Shown here: positions 9,097-17,943 of the stretch, one piece after another
Numbering within the stretch: position 1 is the stretch's first letter
How the letters are laid out: each line of letters begins with the position of its first letter
Source: a virus
Taxonomy: Duplodnaviria; Heunggongvirae; Uroviricota; Caudoviricetes
IMG/VR virus record: IMGVR_UViG_3300001687_001192
DNA length: 64,000 nt
Strand: one strand, 5' to 3'
Position numbers and translations under genes: made by a program
Notes under the pieces: generated by a model
Database searches by the model: none
What the model was told of the DNA's origin: nothing
Seen by the model: the letters and a program-made list of their open reading frames with translations, nothing else

Positions 9097-9122
9097 AGAG
9101 GCTTGAGAAACAATACAAGTTG

Positions 9123-9181
9123 GCCGCTGAACGTTAAGTGGTAACGTGTCAGTAATATCGGTTCGATTCCGAACGGCGGCC
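9123..9181 (+). ncRNA. tRNA-like element, 59 nt: acceptor (gccgctg/cggcggc), D arm (cgtt-aagtggt-aacg), T arm (TTCGATT); anticodon arm absent
   Basis: only 9 nt between D and T arms; followed by AAAGGAGG RBS. Confidence 0.5.
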
Positions 9182-9201
9182 CTAGAGAAAGGAGGCCAAT
9201 A

Positions 9202-9375
9202 ATGGCGCGAAGGAAGAGGAGCTTCATCAGCTGGCTGATTTTGATCGTGGTCCTCACCATGGCGGTTGTGGGTGGTTACCACCTCTACAACAGCGACACG
9301 GGGCAGGCGACCTCGCGAGTGGTGAAGGAGGCGGTGAAGGCCGGTCACAACCAGGCAAAGAAGGAGATCGACTAG
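9202..9375 (+). CDS. small membrane protein (57 aa, one TM)
   Basis: GAAAGGAGGCCAATA-ATG; below track size cut-off. Confidence 0.45.
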   Translation: MARRKRSFISWLILIVVLTMAVVGGYHLYNSDTGQATSRVVKEAVKAGHNQAKKEID

Positions 9376-9387
9376 AAAGGAGGCCTA

Positions 9388-9618
9388 ATGAAACGTTATC
9401 GTGCGTGGAAGGTTCACTGTACCAAGAGTACATTCACCGAGGCAAACGCTGTGCGGGACGAGTTGCTGGCCAGCGATGAGCCGATTTATCTGGAGGAGCA
9501 TACCTTGTGTCCTTCGGACAAGCCGGTGAAGGTGCGGAGGAAGCCAAACGGCACCTTCGACGTGAAGGTTCTGACCATCGACAAAGAGGTGGAGGACGAC
9601 GATGCCCAAGGAGTTTGA
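9388..9618 (+). CDS. hypothetical protein
   Basis: GAAAGGAGGCCTA-ATG RBS. Confidence 0.55.
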   Translation: MKRYRAWKVHCTKSTFTEANAVRDELLASDEPIYLEEHTLCPSDKPVKVRRKPNGTFDVKVLTIDKEVEDDDAQGV

Positions 9619-10057
9619 CGTTCTACTCATATCCGTCATGGGGAGCTGCAGCGGCGAAGCCTGTGTGAACGGGATGAGGAGTTCTACCACCGGTCTCCAC
9701 GGGGTTGAAGAGAACTTCGAGAGAGTCAAATCGGGTGGATGGATCGTAGACCTCCGCGCCGTCCAAGACCCCGTGGTGAAGGTCATCAGGGCCCCGATGT
9801 TGGGGTTGAACCTGCAGCCGGACGAAGTGGACAGGTTGTCGAAGGAAGAACTCGACAGCAGCCTCGTCGCTCAGGCTGTAAAGTCTCAGCCCGGTAATCC
9901 TCTCGGGGCCATCGTGCGTCTCGAAGAGGCGTGCAGGGAGCAGGGTTTCTCGTCTCTCGACACTGTGGGCATTGACATATGGCTGCAGTACTGGAGGGAG
10001 AACGGCGCGAAGATCGGAAGGGTGGACGACGGCGAGGTGAAGTGGGAAGGAGGCTAA
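9602..10057 (+). CDS. hypothetical protein
   Basis: overlapping start within upstream 3' end. Confidence 0.55.
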   Translation: MPKEFDVLLISVMGSCSGEACVNGMRSSTTGLHGVEENFERVKSGGWIVDLRAVQDPVVKVIRAPMLGLNLQPDEVDRLSKEELDSSLVAQAVKSQPGNPLGAIVRLEEACREQGFSSLDTVGIDIWLQYWRENGAKIGRVDDGEVKWEGG

Positions 10058-10059
10058 GA

Positions 10060-10320
10060 ATGCTGAGGTACTGTCTGGTCATTCGGGAGAGCGAGTCGAG
10101 CGAAGACCACATCATGGCGACGGCGCCCAAAACGTTCGGGTCTGTGAAGGAGGCGTACGAGCACTTCTCTTCTTGCCTGAGCGGGCTGAGTGTTCATCCT
10201 TCTTTGCCCGAGAGCATGCCGTGTGGCGGATTCCTTGTTGCCGACGCCCCAGACTTCCCTGGAAGATTCTGGGAGATCGTAGGGGTGTTGAGTAGCGAGA
10301 CGCCGCGCGACCTGACATAG
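10060..10320 (+). CDS. hypothetical protein
   Basis: GGGAAGGAGGCTAAGA-ATG inside track ORF 9979..10320. Confidence 0.5.
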   Translation: MLRYCLVIRESESSEDHIMATAPKTFGSVKEAYEHFSSCLSGLSVHPSLPESMPCGGFLVADAPDFPGRFWEIVGVLSSETPRDLT

Positions 10321-10331
10321 ACTGCCAAGAC

Positions 10332-10400
10332 GGAACCTATCCGACAATGGGTCGGGGCATATAGAGTATGCTGAAGAGGGTTCAACTCCCTCAGGTTTCG
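10332..10400 (+). ncRNA. tRNA-like element (acceptor ggaacct/aggtttc, D arm ccga-caatggg-tcgg, T arm gaggg-TTCAACT-ccctc) with 15-nt anticodon hairpin gcata-tagag-tatgc
   Basis: third member of the gaaacct/aggtttc acceptor family; followed by GCTAAGGAGGAAACA-ATG. Confidence 0.5.
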
Positions 10401-10414
10401 CTAAGGAGGAAACA

Positions 10415-10873
10415 ATGGATAAGTTCAGAGAGAGTCTGTTGACGCTAAAAGAAAACGGCCATAAAGTGGTGGACATGCTGCGCGCTCATCGTTCATCTGC
10501 AGAAACCCTCTTGGAGCTTGGAGTGGTGGAGACAACCGATGTTTTGGACCGCATTAATCGCGAGATCGAACATTTTTTAATTTTGCCGTACATAGAGGCG
10601 GCTAGGGCGTCTCGCGAGGAGGAGTTCAAAGCGATGGGGACAGACGGTACGATCCGGCTACCGGATGAATGGGAGCCGATCCCCGACGACGCTCACCTTT
10701 TCACCAAGAGTGATTTTATCCAGATGTGTATGGCCGGCGTTATCATTGATGACGATGGCACGGGTTGCTACGCCCTTCCCGGCGGGATGACTCACATCGA
10801 AGTCTCTCCGTCTGATGTTGTTGGAGGACTCTGGGAACAGCCATGGACGCACGTTGTGTGGTTCGACAAGTAA
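10415..10873 (+). CDS. hypothetical protein
   Basis: strong RBS after tRNA-like element. Confidence 0.6.
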   Translation: MDKFRESLLTLKENGHKVVDMLRAHRSSAETLLELGVVETTDVLDRINREIEHFLILPYIEAARASREEEFKAMGTDGTIRLPDEWEPIPDDAHLFTKSDFIQMCMAGVIIDDDGTGCYALPGGMTHIEVSPSDVVGGLWEQPWTHVVWFDK

Positions 10874-11118
10874 CTTATTTTCAGGAGACGGTTGTGGGTC
10901 AGCTGACTAGTTGGTTGAATGCAGCTACTAACTGGATGTGGGTGCAGATAAATTGGATTCCCAGTTCGGTTTATTCTGTGGAATATTGCAGACCCGTATT
11001 CTGGGGCAAGCCTGTTGCCAACGTGGCGTTCCACTGCGTCCAGAGCATTGACTCACGAGAAGAGTCACACCAAGTGGCGGGTTGGTAGCTGCGTTCAGCC
11101 AATTAGAGGAGAAACGTC

Positions 11119-11814
11119 ATGAAACACTACCAGCGTGTTAATAAATATGGTGGGTACAGGAAAATGGAGAGTTCCGTTGTCAATTTGGGTGGACTTTGGA
11201 GAAACGCCTTGCGCGTTGCATTTGGCGGAATAAATCTGTTTCCGCTACCAGTGAAGCCAGATAGTGGTTTTACCATTTATGCGAGTTTTGGACGCAAGTT
11301 CGATGCGATGAGCGAGCAAGTCATCCCCGTCACGACAACTTTTCATCTACGTAAAAGCCGAGCATATAGGCTTTTAACTGAGAGTATACTTGAAGAGGCA
11401 GACAATTCAATACGGCCAAGACTCGTTGACAAACGAGGATGGAGTCCGGGCCCCGTTATTTTCAATGTCGTCTGGAGACATACTGGAGGCACTGGCAACT
11501 TTGCCAAGAATTTCCTCGTAGAAGCTGGAGGAGAGTTGTGGTTGCTTGTCAAGTTGAAGAACAGGTACAACCTTTTTCACGGCGACAAGGAGATTTTGGC
11601 AGTTATCCCAGACCACATGTTTCCGTCGGCGTCGGATGCGCTGTATAAGTTTGAGCAAACTGGACGTGGCGTATGGTTTCCAGAAAGCCGAGATCAATGG
11701 GTGCGGGAGAATTTTCCGTCCAAGCATCCTCCGTGGCGTATGCCACAATCAAGTTGGTATCGACATCAAGCAAGGCTTCCAGACAATACTAGAGAGTTTG
11801 TTGGGGTATGGTAA
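11119..11814 (+). CDS. hypothetical protein (231 aa)
   Basis: TTAGAGGAGAAACGTC-ATG RBS. Confidence 0.6.
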   Translation: MKHYQRVNKYGGYRKMESSVVNLGGLWRNALRVAFGGINLFPLPVKPDSGFTIYASFGRKFDAMSEQVIPVTTTFHLRKSRAYRLLTESILEEADNSIRPRLVDKRGWSPGPVIFNVVWRHTGGTGNFAKNFLVEAGGELWLLVKLKNRYNLFHGDKEILAVIPDHMFPSASDALYKFEQTGRGVWFPESRDQWVRENFPSKHPPWRMPQSSWYRHQARLPDNTREFVGVW

Positions 11815-11824
11815 GGAGGACATC

Positions 11825-12049
11825 ATGTATGTCGTTAAATCAAGAGATACGCAGTGGAAGTATGTTTGCGGAGTTTGCGGCAAATGGTGTATGGTCGATT
11901 TCTATCAAATTGTAGTACCTTTAGCTGATAGTGGTCTCATGTATCGCTATGCTTGTTGTAAAAAGCATGCTGCAGAGATCCAAGAGACTCCGGGCGCTGC
12001 AAAACCTGAGAAAGGATCAATATTTCCAAGCAGTTCTGCATGGTTGTAG
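11825..12049 (+). CDS. small Cys-rich protein (CGVCGKWC ... CCKKH)
   Basis: GGTAAGGAGGACATC-ATG inside track ORF 11636..12049. Confidence 0.5.
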   Translation: MYVVKSRDTQWKYVCGVCGKWCMVDFYQIVVPLADSGLMYRYACCKKHAAEIQETPGAAKPEKGSIFPSSSAWL

Positions 12050-12091
12050 ACCCGAGCCTCCGGGGTATGACGGAGGTATTCATACAAGGAG

Positions 12092-12283
12092 ATGAACATG
12101 GAAGTGAAGAAGAAGCGCAACATCAAGGCCCTCATCGCCTACATGAACCACGGCGTCTCGGAGGACCTGAAGCTCAAGATGAAGGACATCTTGCCGATGA
12201 AGAAGGAGGACGACGAGGGCTTGACCGAGTTGTGCATCCTCGCCGAGGCCGCCTGTAAGGAGGAGGGCATCGTCGTCAAGTAG
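12092..12283 (+). CDS. small acidic protein
   Basis: ACAAGGAG-ATG RBS. Confidence 0.5.
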   Translation: MNMEVKKKRNIKALIAYMNHGVSEDLKLKMKDILPMKKEDDEGLTELCILAEAACKEEGIVVK

Positions 12284-12301
12284 TAGCGATCTTTTCCAAT
12301 G

Positions 12302-12378
12302 AGGTTGTGTCGACATGGCAGTCGGATGTCGCGGGCTAGAGTTCTCTGGTCTAATGGGTTCAACTCCCATACAACCTA
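12302..12378 (+). ncRNA. tRNA-like element, 77 nt: acceptor aggttgt/acaacct, enlarged D-like hairpin cgacat-ggcagtcgg-atgtcg, hairpin taga(g)-ttctctg-(g)tcta, T arm atggg-TTCAACT-cccat
   Basis: T-loop consensus and 7-bp acceptor; non-canonical spacing of arms. Confidence 0.45.
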
Positions 12379-12392
12379 CCGAGGAGACGTCA

Positions 12393-12923
12393 ATGCCAGT
12401 ACAACTGTTTGCGGAAGGATACGCCAAAATGAAGGCTAACCGGCCTATACCATGGCTTGGTATGCCCGTGTGTTACGGCGGTATTTGGATGTTAGTTTCG
12501 TGTGCTTCCAGTTACAAACCTAAACTAGCCTCGACCGGCATGGGCATTACACTTAGCTCATATAGGTCTAGGTCTAATACTAATGCATTTAAGCTTCCTG
12601 GTGAGCCAGATGCTCCGCCGATGAGTGCATCATTTATTAGCAGAGTTTCTTTGGCCTATGCATGGGCTGATAAACGAGTCAGACGTGATGGTGACCTGTG
12701 GGTTGAAGTTCCACTATGTTCAATGCATGAGGCCCTCATCCTTCCGCACGGTTGGGAAATGCGTGATCTCTTTCCGAACAATGGGGAAGTTAAGTTAGCA
12801 CCCTGTGACCTCAAGATGCTGAACACAGATGGGCGTGTTAGTTGTGCTAAGTGCAGTAAGTTACTTGTGCCGTTATGGATAGGTAACACTAATCTTAGCT
12901 ACTGCTCAAAGTGTGAGCCATAA
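12393..12923 (+). CDS. family-A paralog 1: N-term NRPIPWLGMPVCY, middle LPGEPDAPPM, C-terminal zinc ribbon LNTDGRVSCAKCS...WIGNTNLSYCSKCEP
   Basis: ACCGAGGAGACGTCA-ATG after tRNA-like element; 5 tandem paralogs. Confidence 0.65.
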   Translation: MPVQLFAEGYAKMKANRPIPWLGMPVCYGGIWMLVSCASSYKPKLASTGMGITLSSYRSRSNTNAFKLPGEPDAPPMSASFISRVSLAYAWADKRVRRDGDLWVEVPLCSMHEALILPHGWEMRDLFPNNGEVKLAPCDLKMLNTDGRVSCAKCSKLLVPLWIGNTNLSYCSKCEP

Positions 12924-12933
12924 GGAGTAAATA

Positions 12934-13473
12934 ATGAAACCTGGTGAGTTGTTTACCGAGAGGTACAAAAAGCTACAAATGAACTTACCAATACCGTGGA
13001 TTGGTATGCCAGTTTGGTACAAACCTGGCAGATTTTGGTTAGTGGTCAATGGGGTTAACTGTGGCTATGCCGAGTGTGACGGAATCAGCCTCGTGTCATA
13101 TCTTGGCACATGTGCAAGGAATTCTTTCCTTGTTCCGGGCCAACCGGATACTCCTGAGATGCCCACAGATGTTATCGATAGAATAGATGCTGGATATTAC
13201 TGGGGTATCGGGGCCAAGTTGGTTAACGGAGTGTGGCAACGCGTAGAGTTGCTTCCGACTCGTGAAAACGAGATGCACACAGTTTTGATTTTACCACTTG
13301 GCGAGTCTATAGAAACTGTGTTTCCCAACAACGCGCCACTAGCGACCGAAGAGAAGAACTTAAAACAGCTCAACACAGACGGTCGGACCAGTTGCGCCTC
13401 CTGCGGCGGTCCATTAACGTCTTTGTGGATAGGTAACACTAATCTTAGCCATTGTCCGAAATGTGAGCCGTAA
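12934..13473 (+). CDS. family-A paralog 2
   Basis: TAAGGAGTAAATA-ATG; conserved N and C modules. Confidence 0.7.
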   Translation: MKPGELFTERYKKLQMNLPIPWIGMPVWYKPGRFWLVVNGVNCGYAECDGISLVSYLGTCARNSFLVPGQPDTPEMPTDVIDRIDAGYYWGIGAKLVNGVWQRVELLPTRENEMHTVLILPLGESIETVFPNNAPLATEEKNLKQLNTDGRTSCASCGGPLTSLWIGNTNLSHCPKCEP

Positions 13474-13483
13474 GGAGCTAACA

Positions 13484-14038
13484 ATGGAACCGGGCGAGCT
13501 GATACTAATTGAATTTTACCTTAACATGACGGTTAACAGACCTATACCGTGGGTCGGAATGCCGGTGTGCTTTGAAAAGAGGAAGTGGTTTTTAGTAGAG
13601 GGCCAGGTGAGAATTAGCGGCGGCCACAGTTACGCTTGCTTTAACGGCGGTCAGAATATCCTTTCTTCATATATAAACCATGATAAGCGTATGGATAGGT
13701 TTTCTCTACCAGGAGAGCCAGAAGCGCCGCCGATGGTCGAGTTCACGGATATCTATGCTGATGCCTACGAATGGGGAAAAGCTGTCAAGTGTGTGAATGG
13801 TATCTGGGTTTCAACGGAGATACCCAATAGGTGCGATGCTCATACTGCACTTATACTTCCAGCTGGAGTTAGCTTCGCAAAAGCTTTGCCAAATAACGGA
13901 GCCAAGCCTACGATCTCACAGGATTTGAAGAAACTCAACACAGACGGACGATCTACTTGTGCCAGATGTGGAAAGGTTCTTGCGCCGCTGTGGATTGGTA
14001 ACACCAATCTAAGTTACTGTCAAGCTTGTGAAGGCTGA
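13484..14038 (+). CDS. family-A paralog 3
   Basis: TAAGGAGCTAACA-ATG inside track ORF 13463..14038. Confidence 0.7.
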   Translation: MEPGELILIEFYLNMTVNRPIPWVGMPVCFEKRKWFLVEGQVRISGGHSYACFNGGQNILSSYINHDKRMDRFSLPGEPEAPPMVEFTDIYADAYEWGKAVKCVNGIWVSTEIPNRCDAHTALILPAGVSFAKALPNNGAKPTISQDLKKLNTDGRSTCARCGKVLAPLWIGNTNLSYCQACEG

Positions 14039-14304
14039 TGTGATATAAAGCCTGCCGATTGCGAAGTCGTAACCGGGTTATTGCCTGACGGTCGTCAGGT
14101 GATAGTCTAGGTAGGCGAATAGGCGGCAGGTATTGTCGGCCAGACAATTCCCTTAAGCTGGTGCCGGATGGCATCGGATTGGGAAGACCTGAGAGAATAT
14201 GCAGCCTAGCCAGGAAACTGGAGGGCGAATTAAAGGCTTAGGTGAAGGGCCGGCAAAAGAGGCGGCGAAAGCGCAGCTTCCATGTCCCGGATTTGCTGCG
14301 GGAC

Positions 14305-14512
14305 ACATGGATGGGGAATTGCCGTGACGAAAGACTAGGAGAGAAGAGAGGGCGATTCTGTGGAGATGCGGAGACAAGGAAATGCGTAAGCATCGGGGCT
14401 ACCTCCACAATCATGGATGGGGAGTCGTTTGAACGAAAGACTAGGAGAGAAGCGAGGACGACTCTGCGGGGATGCGGAGACAAGGAGATGCGTAAGCATT
14501 GGGGCTTCCCCC
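14305..14512 (+). repeat. tandem duplication (about 103 bp x2, roughly 85% identical) of a leader segment; each copy carries GGAGACAAGGA(A/G)-ATGCGTAAGCAT; first copy encodes a 16-aa uORF (14382..14432), second is in frame with the downstream gene
   Basis: direct comparison of 14305-14407 vs 14408-14512. Confidence 0.6.
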
Positions 14513-14532
14513 GCACTATTTTAGGAGGTAAG

Positions 14533-14922
14533 ATGGGCCGAAAACCTATACATTTTGCCGTGGAAAACGTAAAATACTACCATGCTGGGAGATGGTGGCG
14601 AAGATTTTCTGAGTGCGGCGGCCTAATAAGGGCTGTCGGTGTGTATCCGGATCCTAGGTGGCGTCTTACAGACGACGTCTCGTTGGTCACGTGCAGGTTA
14701 TGTATAGCGCGACTCGTGGAACGAGGTGCTCTGGGTACCGATAATAACGAGACATCTAGGTTGCGCTCGGCTTCCTTCAAGCGTAGGGTAGTGGGCCAAG
14801 GCAAAGAGCAACTGATTATAACGACGGTTCCTAGGAATCCCGATGAACTGGCTGTTTTAGAAGATTTAATACTCAGTTATGTCGGTGGCTATGTTCTGCC
14901 GTCGGCTAGTGAGGAAGAATAA
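14533..14922 (+). CDS. hypothetical protein, family with 1..324 / 8324..8791 (LVTCRLC ... LIITTVPRNPDEL ... LILSYVGGYVLP); possible alternative start at 14488
   Basis: TTTTAGGAGGTAAG-ATG; track ORF 14242..14922 extends through the duplicated leader. Confidence 0.55.
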   Translation: MGRKPIHFAVENVKYYHAGRWWRRFSECGGLIRAVGVYPDPRWRLTDDVSLVTCRLCIARLVERGALGTDNNETSRLRSASFKRRVVGQGKEQLIITTVPRNPDELAVLEDLILSYVGGYVLPSASEEE

Positions 14923-14961
14923 TCCGTGTAGTTAGTTTTAGTTAAGTGGAGTAAGATCATA

Positions 14962-15525
14962 ATGTTACTTAATGACTTCTACAAGATGATGATATTTAAT
15001 CGTCCTGTGCCATGGATTGGAATGCCTGTATGGTATCTTGGCAGTGGCGGCGAATGGGGCTTCGTGATGGAGGTTCGCGGGGATGGAGCTGCTGGTTCTA
15101 CACACGGCTTGCGACTTCATACTTATAGGGAGGAATCTCCAGACTGGCCGGTTGGAAGACATGGATATGGGAGCGAAAATACTAAGGAGTTCATCTTACC
15201 TGGGGAGAAGGATGCCCCACCGATGGGCAACGATTTTCTAGATGAGCTTGAGACCGCGTATTGTTGGGGCGATAGTTACAAATACGTTGACGGCTTGTGG
15301 CAGAGATGGAAGCGTCCTATCAGGTTTCAGAGACATATGACTTTGATTATTCCATACGGCGAAGATCAGGGCATTGTGTTTCCCAACAATTCGACGACTA
15401 ACGTACAGGGTCTCAAGGAACTCAACACAGATGGTCGGACTGAGTGTGCTCAGTGTGGCGGGTCACTTGCGTCGTTGTGGATAGGTAACACTAATCTTAG
15501 CCATTGTCCGAAATGTGAGCCATAA
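14962..15525 (+). CDS. family-A paralog 4
   Basis: conserved NRPVPWIGMPVWY / LPGEKDAPPM / LNTDGRTECAQCG...WIGNTNLSHCPKCEP. Confidence 0.7.
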   Translation: MLLNDFYKMMIFNRPVPWIGMPVWYLGSGGEWGFVMEVRGDGAAGSTHGLRLHTYREESPDWPVGRHGYGSENTKEFILPGEKDAPPMGNDFLDELETAYCWGDSYKYVDGLWQRWKRPIRFQRHMTLIIPYGEDQGIVFPNNSTTNVQGLKELNTDGRTECAQCGGSLASLWIGNTNLSHCPKCEP

Positions 15526-15535
15526 GGAGCTAATA

Positions 15536-15736
15536 ATGAAACCGGGCGAGCTTGTAAAGGGATACATAAAAATGATGAGGGTCAATCGTCCCATACCGTG
15601 GATCGGAATGCACATCCTCAATCTTTACCGGCATCTTTTCAAGTCTCTCGATGTGCATTGCCTTGTCGTTGAGGACCGGATCTATCGCGATGCCATGTTG
15701 CGAGCCTTTAGAACTCACCGGACACGATCCGGTTGA
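15536..15736 (+). pseudogene. family-A paralog 5, truncated: conserved N-terminus MKPGELVKGYIKMMRVNRPIPWIGM, then divergent and terminates early
   Basis: TAAGGAGCTAATA-ATG; loses LPGEP and zinc-ribbon modules. Confidence 0.45.
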
Positions 15737-15870
15737 AGAGTATGAAGATCTCGGATGCTTATCGCCTAAGCGTACCGTGAAAATATACGACATCACGGAT
15801 GTGAACAGACTCACAAACGAACTCATGGGGATTGCAAGCTCCGTGAGATAAACAACGGAACGGGTGACAA

Positions 15871-17943
15871 ATGGATGCTTTCAAACATCAGAGAATACTA
15901 GTCGAGAATGGCTTGGTTTTCATCCCTTCGGACGGAGTGGAGTGCCCTACTTACCAGCAGATCGTGACCATCTTGGGTAACATTACGTACTACGGCTTTA
16001 TGCTGTCGGAGTCTGCGTACGCCAAGATGACGAAGATGAGCGCGGCTTCTTTAAATGAGTGGTGGAGTTCGCTGGAGTTGGCTCTCAAAGTCATCACTGG
16101 AGACGACAAGAAGATGGCAGACTTCGTGGTCTATAAGAACTTCCCTAAGGAAGTACTTGATATGACGGAGGCTGAGTACTGGTTGAAACAGATCCTGATG
16201 TACTGGGGGTTTCCGAACGAGCATTTTACAGAGGAGCCGGAGGAGCGAAAGACTGCAATCGAGAAGCTACCGGTCAAGGTGCTTCAGCTCGCCAATGAGA
16301 CGAGCCTCGCCGGCATCTTCGAGTCTCTGCTGCGGTCTTCTGTACGTTGGACAGACAGGCAATGGGAGGTGGTTCAGGAACTCCTGGACGGATTCGACAC
16401 AGTCGATGTCTCTTCCATTTCCTTTAAGGAAAACATGGTACTATTGGCGCAACAGCTAATAGAGAATGGACACGACGTTTCTGTGAAGACGGCTACGGAT
16501 GTACTACGCCTAGCCGTTGGTATGTCGGACGGCGACGTCTCTCTGCGCACAAACAGCAAGTTGCGTCGGTTCTGTCGTCCGGAGAGACGCTTCCTCCTGT
16601 CCCTTCTTGAGAACTGCAAGAACCTTGAGGAAGATGTAGCCAGGAGGCGCGGACAATTCAAACGATTATTCTTCGAGCTTCATCCAGGTGATTACAAGGG
16701 TCGTTTCAAGAGGGTGTCGGTCGCCTACGATAAGCTATATCGCGGGGCGAAGATCAGGACGTTCAACTCCGAAATCGAACGTCTGCTCGCAGACTGCAAC
16801 CCTAGTGCCTTAGACTTGCTGAAGACCAGGCCAGGCGAGTTCCTGCGTCGTCTGCGGGTCGCCGTGTCGAAGTATGGGCTCGGTGCCGTAGGAGCTTTCA
16901 GCGAGGTTCTGCCGCGTTTGACTGTGCACCAGCTCCTCAAAATCGAGAGGCACCTGCGGACGGCCAACGGCCGCCAATACAGGACGTTTCCCCCAAAGGG
17001 AAATTGGACGAAGTTGCAGGTAGTTAAAGCCAAGGACCGTTGGGATGCTGGATGGGCTAGTCAGCTCGCCGACATAGTAGCCGTAGAGATCAAAGAGCGA
17101 GTCAGCGAGGTCATTCCTAGTGTTAAGATATCTCTTGACGTCGATAAGGTCAAACTACAGACAAGCGACAGTGATTTGACTCCTTATGGGAGAGGAACTG
17201 TCTTCGACATTCCCGAGAACATTACTTTCTTGCGTAGCGCTTCTTATTGGAAAACTGGTGGCGGTTTTGGCCGTAACATCTGGTACGACAACGGTTGGAA
17301 TTTCTTCGATTCCGAATGGAAGCCGACCGGCGCATGCTGCTGGACAAACGTGAACTGTCACGGCGGTGCTGCCATCTTCTCGGGTGACCCCACGAATTCT
17401 AAAGATCTCGAAGGTAGGGCTTGTCAAATGATCGACTTGTACATCAACAAACTAGGGAAATGCGGGGTACGGTATGCCGTGTGGAATATCCTCTGCTACT
17501 CTCGTCGTTCATTTGACCAGTCGGAAGAAGTTCACGCTGCGCTCCAGTGGGGGGAATATCCGCAGGAGAACAGGCTTTTCGAACCTTCAAGGTCCGTCTT
17601 TTCGTTTCCAGTGCGCGGTGCAAACATGACAAAGTATATCGCGTACATTGACGTGCAAGAGAGAAAGTTGATATATATCGACGCCAACCTCTATGGTACC
17701 GTTGCCACTGCTTTCCGCAACCAAAAGACGTTAGCAGCAAAGATGCCAGCATTTGTGGAATATCTCGATTCTCTTCCCTCTGTCTTCGACCTGTTCAAGG
17801 GCGTGTCAGTCTCGGAGGACGGTGTACCAATACTCTACGATGACACTGGTGAAAAGGTTCAGGGTGATGCGTACGTGTTTATGCAACGGAACAGAGACAA
17901 TGAGTTCCGCCAGCTAGATATCAACGCTTTGTTAAAGAAGTAA
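15871..17943 (+). CDS. large hypothetical protein (690 aa)
   Basis: longest ORF in window, no recognised motif. Confidence 0.7.
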   Translation: MDAFKHQRILVENGLVFIPSDGVECPTYQQIVTILGNITYYGFMLSESAYAKMTKMSAASLNEWWSSLELALKVITGDDKKMADFVVYKNFPKEVLDMTEAEYWLKQILMYWGFPNEHFTEEPEERKTAIEKLPVKVLQLANETSLAGIFESLLRSSVRWTDRQWEVVQELLDGFDTVDVSSISFKENMVLLAQQLIENGHDVSVKTATDVLRLAVGMSDGDVSLRTNSKLRRFCRPERRFLLSLLENCKNLEEDVARRRGQFKRLFFELHPGDYKGRFKRVSVAYDKLYRGAKIRTFNSEIERLLADCNPSALDLLKTRPGEFLRRLRVAVSKYGLGAVGAFSEVLPRLTVHQLLKIERHLRTANGRQYRTFPPKGNWTKLQVVKAKDRWDAGWASQLADIVAVEIKERVSEVIPSVKISLDVDKVKLQTSDSDLTPYGRGTVFDIPENITFLRSASYWKTGGGFGRNIWYDNGWNFFDSEWKPTGACCWTNVNCHGGAAIFSGDPTNSKDLEGRACQMIDLYINKLGKCGVRYAVWNILCYSRRSFDQSEEVHAALQWGEYPQENRLFEPSRSVFSFPVRGANMTKYIAYIDVQERKLIYIDANLYGTVATAFRNQKTLAAKMPAFVEYLDSLPSVFDLFKGVSVSEDGVPILYDDTGEKVQGDAYVFMQRNRDNEFRQLDINALLKK

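Noticed and set aside
10877-11118. Possible small ORFs (10843..11088 and a GTG ORF) in the 240-nt spacer before 11119
   Set aside because: No RBS at appropriate spacing and no conservation clue. It is left unannotated as it may be non-coding.
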